From assembly GCA_964447685.1 (NCBI GenBank), contig CAYUTI010000001.1, positions 267,064 to 331,063 of the forward strand: a DNA stretch of 64,000 nt. The letters run 5' to 3'. This DNA is from Candidatus Woesearchaeota archaeon. GTDB taxonomy: Archaea; Nanobdellota; Nanobdellia; SCGC-AAA011-G17; CAYUTI01. Of this stretch, positions 57,801 to 64,000 are shown one piece after another. The position numbers were made by a program, and so were the translations under genes. Under the pieces are notes generated by a model. It ran no database searches. It was not told the DNA's origin and saw nothing but the letters and a program-made list of their open reading frames with translations. The stretch's first letter is position 1. The number at the start of each line of letters is the position of its first letter.

Positions 57801-58366
57801 TAGTTCTGCCATAACCAAGGTTTATTTTTTCTAGCTTCTAAGAAATATCTTTTGAAATTTTTACCTAATAACTCAGCATCTCTCCCAGGGTCATAACTTG
57901 GGTAGATATCTTCTCTAAACCCTTCGTCTTGGATTCTTGCTCTAAAAATATTTGTTAAATCTTCGTCAACTAAAACATCAATTCCTCTTTGGTGTGCTCT
58001 CTCTGCTAATTTTTCTACACAATCCCATATATGAAAACCTGCAACTCTTAGATGGTCTATATCTCCAAGTTGATCTAATATAAAATCTTGGTTTGGATAG
58101 GGATATTCCCCGTTAACTTGAGTAGTGTGTTCATTAAAACTTAATCCAACTCTTATTATTCTATCTTTTTTATATATTCTAATCATATCAGAAATTGAAT
58201 GGTCATCAAAAAGTGCGAAGTTGACTTGAAAACCCTTTTTCCTATATCTTAGATCTATACACCTATTTAATTTTCCTTTGTATTCTTCTTTAAATTTTTT
58301 TGATCTATGTTTTAAATCAAAATCAAAGTATTCAGGTATTGGGTATAAATAAATCAATTGGTCCAT
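57797..58366 (-). CDS. isochorismatase-like cysteine hydrolase (tentative)
   Basis: RVAGFHIWDCVEKLAERAHQRGIDVLVDED resembles the isochorismatase catalytic-Cys block. Confidence 0.4.
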   Translation of the reverse strand: MDQLIYLYPIPEYFDFDLKHRSKKFKEEYKGKLNRCIDLRYRKKGFQVNFALFDDHSISDMIRIYKKDRIIRVGLSFNEHTTQVNGEYPYPNQDFILDQLGDIDHLRVAGFHIWDCVEKLAERAHQRGIDVLVDEDLTNIFRARIQDEGFREDIYPSYDPGRDAELLGKNFKRYFLEARKNKPWLWQNY

Positions 58367-58518
58367 TTTAGTTTAAACCTAGGAGAAAGCCCCACGAAGG
58401 AGCTTCTTCCCAGGAAAAAAGAGGTGATAAGGAAAAATGTTATTAAACTACTATTTAAAGGTTTCTGTTAGGAACCATTCTTGAGTAGGAACAGGGAATT
58501 ATATACAAAAGAATATAA

Positions 58519-59268
58519 ATGAGTTGTTTTTCTTATGTTTTTGTAATGGAAGATAAGATTTATGATATGTTAATGAGAGAGGATGAAATTACTTGGCAAA
58601 CCATTTTGCAAGATTTAGTAAAGTCTGAAGAGATGAATCCTTGGGATATTGATATAGGAGTTTTGGCTAAAAGATATATTGAAACTATCAAAAAGATGCA
58701 AGAGATGAATTTTTTTATATCTGGTAAGGTAATCTTGGCTAGTTCTATTTTATTAAAAATTAAATCTGATAAATTAATTGGTGAGGATATAGCTGGTTTT
58801 GATAATCTACTTTATGGAAATGAAGAAGAGATTGAGGATTTGGATGATTTTGTTCAGGAAGAAAGACCTGTGTTTAATGTTCCTGGTTTAGCTATTAAAA
58901 GTCCACAGAAAAGAAAGAGAAAAGTTAGTATTCAAGATTTGATTAGTGCATTACAGAAAGCTTTGGATGTTGATAAGCGTAAGAAGTTAAGAAGATTAGA
59001 AGAAGAAGCTTATGAAGCACCTAGGCCTCCAGAGAAAAAAGTTGATGTTGGTCAGTTGATTAAGGATGTTTATTCTAGAGTCTTAGGATTTTTTACTCGT
59101 AAAGAAAAAGTTAACTTTACTAAGTTAGTTGGTGAGAATGCAACTCGTGATGATAGGATTTATACTATTATTCCTCTTTTACATTTACGAAATAATGATC
59201 AAATTGAGTTAGAACAAGCAGAACATTTTGGTGAGATTGAAATTTTGAGACCTGCTACTGAAGAATAA
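58519..59268 (+). CDS. scpA: segregation and condensation protein A (kleisin)
   Basis: N-terminal block EEMNPWDIDIGVLAKRYIETIKKMQEMNF..SGKVILASSILLKIKS is ScpA-like; start may be the internal MEDKIY. Confidence 0.65.
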   Translation: MSCFSYVFVMEDKIYDMLMREDEITWQTILQDLVKSEEMNPWDIDIGVLAKRYIETIKKMQEMNFFISGKVILASSILLKIKSDKLIGEDIAGFDNLLYGNEEEIEDLDDFVQEERPVFNVPGLAIKSPQKRKRKVSIQDLISALQKALDVDKRKKLRRLEEEAYEAPRPPEKKVDVGQLIKDVYSRVLGFFTRKEKVNFTKLVGENATRDDRIYTIIPLLHLRNNDQIELEQAEHFGEIEILRPATEE

Positions 59269-59303
59269 TAATTTATTTAAATCTTAAAGTCTATTTATTT
59301 GTT

Positions 59304-59720
59304 ATGGGAAACGCAATTATGCCTCCGAGAGATCCTGAATTAGAAGACAGCATGCTAAGATGGAGATATTTTTATAAAAAGGTTAAAGAAGGGAATAAAG
59401 AATCCATTGATTTAGTTCTTAGAGCTTTAAATTTTTCAGAAAATCTAAAAGATGCGCTTCCTTTATTTATAGAAGAAGATGAGGTTTCTAGTTTGGATAT
59501 ATTTGATTGTTTTATGGATTATTATGCGCATTCTGGTAGAGAAAGAGGTAAGGAAACATGGAATTTTCATGGTGATCTTGTAAGATATCTTCGAAGATTA
59601 AGAGATAATGAACCTTTATATCTGTTGTCTGAAGAAGAACAAAAAATTGGTTATGGTTTTGTTGAGGCACTTAAAACTTCTCCTCTTGAAGGGAGATTAT
59701 GTTCCTTGATGCTTTTTTGA
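59304..59720 (+). CDS. hypothetical protein
   Basis: 138 aa. Confidence 0.4.
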   Translation: MGNAIMPPRDPELEDSMLRWRYFYKKVKEGNKESIDLVLRALNFSENLKDALPLFIEEDEVSSLDIFDCFMDYYAHSGRERGKETWNFHGDLVRYLRRLRDNEPLYLLSEEEQKIGYGFVEALKTSPLEGRLCSLMLF

Positions 59721-59755
59721 ATAAAGTTTATAAAGGTTTATTTGTTAATTAGTTT

Positions 59756-60442
59756 ATGCTTGATTTATTGAAGAAAGATTTTGAGAAGTTAGCTAATAAA
59801 GAGAAAGCTTTAATTCTTTCTAGATTTTTTAAGACTGGTCCTGGAGAGTATGGAGAAGGTGATGTGTTTTTGGGTGTGGTTGTTCCTTCGCAAAGAAAGT
59901 TAGCTAAGAAGTATAAGGATTTGTCGTTAGATGAAATACAATCTTTGTTGGATTCTAATATTCATGAGTATAGGTTAACTGCACTTTTTATATTAGTTGA
60001 TCAGTATTCTAAGAGTAAAGATAAGAGGTATGTTGATTTTTATTTAAAGAATACTTCTAAGATAAATAATTGGGATTTGGTTGATTTATCTGCGTATAAG
60101 ATATTAGGTGATTATTTATTTGATAAGGATAAAGATGTTTTGTATAGCTTGGTTAATTCTTCTAATTTATGGGAAAGAAGGATTGCTATTTTATCTTGTT
60201 TTTATTTTATTAAGGAGGATAAATTTGAAGATGCTTTGAAGATTTCTAAAATTCTTTTACATGATAAACATGATTTGATTCATAAAGCTGTAGGTTGGAT
60301 GTTACGTGAGATTGGGAAGAGGGATGTTAAGATTGAAGAAGAGTTTCTTAATAAATATTATAAAGAGATGCCTCGAACTATGTTAAGGTATTCTATTGAG
60401 AAGTTTTCTAGAGAAAAAAGAGATTTTTATATGAAAGGATAG
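59756..60442 (+). CDS. DNA alkylation repair protein (AlkD/AlkC-like HEAT repeat)
   Basis: FFKTGPGEYGEGDVFLGVVVPSQRKLAKKY. Confidence 0.65.
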   Translation: MLDLLKKDFEKLANKEKALILSRFFKTGPGEYGEGDVFLGVVVPSQRKLAKKYKDLSLDEIQSLLDSNIHEYRLTALFILVDQYSKSKDKRYVDFYLKNTSKINNWDLVDLSAYKILGDYLFDKDKDVLYSLVNSSNLWERRIAILSCFYFIKEDKFEDALKISKILLHDKHDLIHKAVGWMLREIGKRDVKIEEEFLNKYYKEMPRTMLRYSIEKFSREKRDFYMKG

Positions 60443-60495
60443 TTGTTTTGGAGTATAATAATGTTTTTAAAGTTCATTTGGTCTTTAATTTTTAG

Positions 60496-61023
60496 ATGGT
60501 CGTGAACTTCAGTACGATTTCTGAAGAGGAAAGAAAATGGAATATCATGAGTTTATGGAATATTTGGATACTATTGAAAAAAAAAAATAATACAATTGAA
60601 GAAGTAATGACTAAGAAATTTATGGAGTATGTTTATGTAGCTCGAATTCCTAAACCAAGAGAATCTCCTGGATTGGGTTTAGTTTCTTATGTTCGCCTTT
60701 TCAATGCTTGTTTGAATTTTATTAAGAATGGTGGAAAAATTCCTGAAAGATCTAAATTGGAAGAAAGTGTTGAAAGTATTCTTGAATCTGCACATAAAGA
60801 ATCTTTAGGGAAGAGGTCTTGTTCTCTTGATGAAACTCAAAAATATCCTCCTGAGAATGGAGAACCTTTCTATGATGAAGTAGATTTCCCTGAGGGAGGT
60901 ATTATTTTGGATGAGGATGATGAAGATATTTATTATGGAGATGAAATTACACCTGAAGAAGTAGATAAATTGGATCTAAGTAGTTATTTTAATCCTGCTG
61001 ATGATGAAGCTGAAATATGGTGA
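60496..61023 (+). CDS. hypothetical acidic protein
   Basis: 175 aa, Asp/Glu-rich C-terminus. Confidence 0.4.
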   Translation: MVVNFSTISEEERKWNIMSLWNIWILLKKKNNTIEEVMTKKFMEYVYVARIPKPRESPGLGLVSYVRLFNACLNFIKNGGKIPERSKLEESVESILESAHKESLGKRSCSLDETQKYPPENGEPFYDEVDFPEGGIILDEDDEDIYYGDEITPEEVDKLDLSSYFNPADDEAEIW

Positions 61024-62286
61024 TTAATTCTTAAGTTTTTCAATTACTTTTTCTACTGGTAATTTAAACTCTTCACCTGTGTTCATATTTCTTAGAGTTA
61101 GTTTGTTATTAGAAAGTTCTTGTTGACCTATGAATAATACATAAGGAATTTCTAGTTTGTTTGCGTAATCTAGGTTTTTTGAAATACCTTTTTCATTAAG
61201 ATCTATTTCTGTTTTAATATTATTTTCTCTTAATTGTTGTGCTATCTTTATAGATTCTTTTTGAGTTTTGATTGGGATGATGTAAATTTCTGAAACTGTT
61301 TTTCTTGATTTTCTTTCTATGTTAGTTGCAATTGCTGATAAACCAAATGAGATTCCAACTGCAGGATATTCTTCTTTTGAACCTAAGTATTCTTGAATCA
61401 TTTTGTCGTATCTTCCACCTGCTGCTATTGCTGAAGTGAAAGTGGAGTTTTTTAGAAAGACTTCAAAAACTGGTCCAGTGTAGTAAGCTAAACCTCTTGC
61501 TAGAGAAGGTGTTACTTTTATGAACTTTTCAGAAGTTAGTTTTGTGATTTGTTTTAATTCTTCTATGCCTTCATTAGGTCCTAAAACTTTTTCTAGTTCT
61601 TGTAAAATTTCTTTGTTTGAACCTTTGATTTTGATAATTTTAGTTATTTTATTTATTTGAGCATCTGTTAAACCTTTTTCTTTTAGTTCTTTTGTTACAC
61701 CTTGTAAACCTACTTTTTTTAGTTTGTCGATTGATAAGATTGCAGGTATTTTCTTTTTTTCATCTACTTTTGCATAAGTTAATATTGCATCTAGGATTTT
61801 TCTAGAGTTAAGTTCTATTTCTACTGAAAGTTTTAGTTTTTTGAAAGCATCTACTGCTAAGTTTAATAGCTCTACTTCTGCTAGCATATTCTTAGAACCT
61901 ACTATGTCTACATCACATTGCCAGAATTGTCTGGATCTTCCTAGTTTGATTGGGCCATCTCTGAATACTGGGCCTGTGGCATATCTTTTGAAAGGCATTT
62001 TTACAGTTGGGTTCATGCCTATAAATCTTGAAAATGGAACTGTTAAGTCATATCTTAGAGCTAGTTTTCTTTTACCTTGATCTATTAGTTTGAAAGTTTC
62101 ATTTAGGATTTCTTCTCCACCCGCATATTTTGCTGATAGGATATCAAATCTTTCTAAGATAGGTGTTTCTAGAGGTGAGAAACCATATAGTTCGAATGTT
62201 TCTGTTAGAATGTTTAATAATTCGTTCTGTAAGATCTTTTGTTCTGGTGCTAAATCTTCTGTACCTTTTGGAAGTTCTAATTTCAT
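61024..62286 (-). CDS. hisS: histidyl-tRNA synthetase
   Basis: Class II motifs RYDLTVPFSRF, FKRYATGPVFRDGP, GRSRQFWQCDVDIVG; C-terminal anticodon-binding domain. Confidence 0.9.
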   Translation of the reverse strand: MKLELPKGTEDLAPEQKILQNELLNILTETFELYGFSPLETPILERFDILSAKYAGGEEILNETFKLIDQGKRKLALRYDLTVPFSRFIGMNPTVKMPFKRYATGPVFRDGPIKLGRSRQFWQCDVDIVGSKNMLAEVELLNLAVDAFKKLKLSVEIELNSRKILDAILTYAKVDEKKKIPAILSIDKLKKVGLQGVTKELKEKGLTDAQINKITKIIKIKGSNKEILQELEKVLGPNEGIEELKQITKLTSEKFIKVTPSLARGLAYYTGPVFEVFLKNSTFTSAIAAGGRYDKMIQEYLGSKEEYPAVGISFGLSAIATNIERKSRKTVSEIYIIPIKTQKESIKIAQQLRENNIKTEIDLNEKGISKNLDYANKLEIPYVLFIGQQELSNNKLTLRNMNTGEEFKLPVEKVIEKLKN

Positions 62287-62311
62287 TTTTTTTCACCTCT
62301 TATTGAAAAAG

Positions 62312-62384
62312 GGCAAGCGGCGAGAGTCGAACTCGCGTTGCAAGATCCACAGTCTTGAGTAATAGCCGTTATACCACGCCTGCC
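62312..62384 (-). tRNA. tRNA-His (GUG) with genome-encoded G-1
   Basis: Hand-folded; anticodon loop CTGTGGA, T-loop TTCGACT, discriminator C73 opposite the extra 5' G (G-1 at 62384). Confidence 0.75.
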
Positions 62385-62662
62385 ATAGATATTTCTAGAA
62401 ACTAATTGTTTATAAAGTTTTTTAAGAAAGTAAGAACTATTTCTAACAATGAATACAACCAGTGCACTGCACCTTAGCCTCAATTGTAGTTTTCATATTA
62501 AATAAGGAGGTTTTGAAGTATTTAAGAGTTTTGGTTAAGTATGTAGATTACAAGGTTGTTTTTATTCTGAAGGAATTTATCAAGCACCTGAGCCTGTTGA
62601 TTTTTCTAAAATTTTACCACATATTGATTGGGAAGGAACTAAACATAGAAGGATGAGATAAT

Positions 62663-63439
62663 TTAAAATCCTAATTTTTTTAACAATTTAATCATGAACT
62701 TTTGCTTAGGTTTATCAGCTTCTGGATCATATTGTTGATTTATTAAGTCTGCTGCTAGTTTTTTGTAAGCGATTGCAGAATGAGAATATGGATGAGAATA
62801 AACTACAGGATCTTTTGCTGCTTGAGATTCTTTAATTGCTTTGTCTTCTGGGATGATTCCAATGACTGGTTTTTCTAAGAGTAGTTCAATATTTCTGATT
62901 GACATTTCTGTTTTAAGATTTGATTTCTTAGTTACAACTACACCTAAAACTTTTTTCTTATAATCTTCTACAACTTTTATTGTTTTAAGAGCATCAGTTA
63001 CTGCAGCGAGTTCTGGATTTGTTATAATTAAAACCTCTTCTGAAGGTTGTAAAGCTGAAAAAGCTTCTCTACCTAAACCTGCTGCACAATCTATTATTAC
63101 AAAATCAGTATATCCTTTAAGTTTTCTAATATGGTTATTAAGTTTTGTTGAGTCTGTTAATCTTAAATCTTCTACAGACAAACTTGCAGGAATAATTTTG
63201 GTACCTGTTGGGTGTTCATATATTGCTTCACCTATTGAATGTTTTCCTTGAAGAACATGATGTAAATGGATTGGAACAACTGGTGCACCTAAATGAACAC
63301 CTACATTTGGAGTTGTTAGATTACCATCGATAATTGTTGTGTCACGACCAAAATAAGTTAAAGCAGAAGCGATATTTATTGCAGATGTAGTTTTCCCTAC
63401 TCCCCCCTTTCCCCCAGACACCAGGATGAATCTCGTCAT
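62663..63439 (-). CDS. minD: MinD/ParA-family ATPase (archaeal MinD)
   Basis: Deviant Walker A VSGGKGGVGKTT. Confidence 0.85.
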   Translation of the reverse strand: MTRFILVSGGKGGVGKTTSAINIASALTYFGRDTTIIDGNLTTPNVGVHLGAPVVPIHLHHVLQGKHSIGEAIYEHPTGTKIIPASLSVEDLRLTDSTKLNNHIRKLKGYTDFVIIDCAAGLGREAFSALQPSEEVLIITNPELAAVTDALKTIKVVEDYKKKVLGVVVTKKSNLKTEMSIRNIELLLEKPVIGIIPEDKAIKESQAAKDPVVYSHPYSHSAIAYKKLAADLINQQYDPEADKPKQKFMIKLLKKLGF

Positions 63440-63879
63440 GGCTTTACTTCTCCCCCTATATAAGCCTCAATGAACATTACAAAAGCAATTGTTTTTTCAT
63501 AAAACTCATGAATTGTTGGGATATCTATTTCTATAAATTTTGTGATTAATGTTACATTTTTTCTATATTCTTCTTTTTTTTCATAGTTTTCTGTTTTATC
63601 TACTCTTTTAAGTAGCCTGTAGAATTCAATGAAATCTTTCATATCTGTTGATTTTTTGAAAATTTCAGCTAGTAAGTCTGCTTTTTCTTGTTGAGTTTTA
63701 GGAATCTGTTTTACTTTTGAATTTTCTAGAGCTAAATCAATAGACATTTCAATTGCAGAAATCAATCTTTTGATAATATTCTTTATAACATCAACTGTTC
63801 TAGTGTATTTTAAAGTAACATAAATTAAGTGATCGGCTCTTTTAAGCTCTCCTCTTGGGGTATTATCATCCTGAATCAT
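63436..63879 (-). CDS. hypothetical protein co-transcribed upstream of minD
   Basis: 147 aa; its stop overlaps the minD start. Confidence 0.4.
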   Translation of the reverse strand: MIQDDNTPRGELKRADHLIYVTLKYTRTVDVIKNIIKRLISAIEMSIDLALENSKVKQIPKTQQEKADLLAEIFKKSTDMKDFIEFYRLLKRVDKTENYEKKEEYRKNVTLITKFIEIDIPTIHEFYEKTIAFVMFIEAYIGGEVKP

Positions 63880-64000
63880 TTTGGAATTATTTTAGCTATC
63901 TTTTCAACGAATAATTTAGATTGGAATAAATAGTTTTTAAGCTTTTCTATTGTTAAAGTTTCCATTCGGTAGTTTGGTGAGCAGATTATATACTTATCTT

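Noticed and set aside
62386-62662. ORF 62462..62656 and nearby short ORFs between tRNA-His and minD
   Set aside because: Ile/Leu/Lys-rich, no start context; probably intergenic promoter/terminator sequence.
1-64000. Looked for rRNA genes, transposases/IS elements and additional tRNAs (T-loop TTCRAAT scan on both strands)
   Set aside because: None found beyond the four tRNAs listed; without a scanner a degenerate tRNA could be missed.

Overview
AT-rich, gene-dense archaeal chromosomal segment, most consistent with a small-genome DPANN-type archaeon. The archaeal assignment rests on Dph5, archaeal-type DtdA/DTD2, ThrRS with an N-terminal archaeal editing domain, RtcB, archease, PdaD, NcsA with a GG-ended SAMP, an intron-containing tRNA-Ser and an A1:U72 initiator tRNA. 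I identify four tRNAs by hand: Trp-CCA, iMet-CAT, Ser-GCU with a 43-nt intron, and His-GUG with an encoded G-1. Housekeeping genes include SMC, ScpA, XPD, RNase HII, HisRS, ThrRS, IscS, RtcA, MinD, and an IscU split by a 380-aa LAGLIDADG intein. Three large secreted surface proteins carry MopE/thrombospondin-type Asp-rich Cys repeats or PQQ beta-propellers. One acidic surface protein has a distinct 'optimal' codon usage and is a candidate S-layer protein. The most unusual content is: a canonical GGDEF diguanylate cyclase; a Cys-rich metal/redox island at 41.1-44.5 kb (secreted 2x24-aa Cys-repeat peptide, Cys-cluster ferredoxin, membrane-anchored wHTH regulator with a CxC..CPH loop, VIT1-like transporter, DUF318 permease, and an unannotated 56-aa lipoprotein coupled by ATGA overlaps); a membrane Lon-like protease plus DUF151 nuclease pair; an extended UPF0175-DUF3368 TA-like pair; a near-perfect 231-bp tandem duplication inside a repeat surface-protein gene; and a probable frameshift at a T5 run. 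I see no CRISPR array, rRNA, integrase or transposase.
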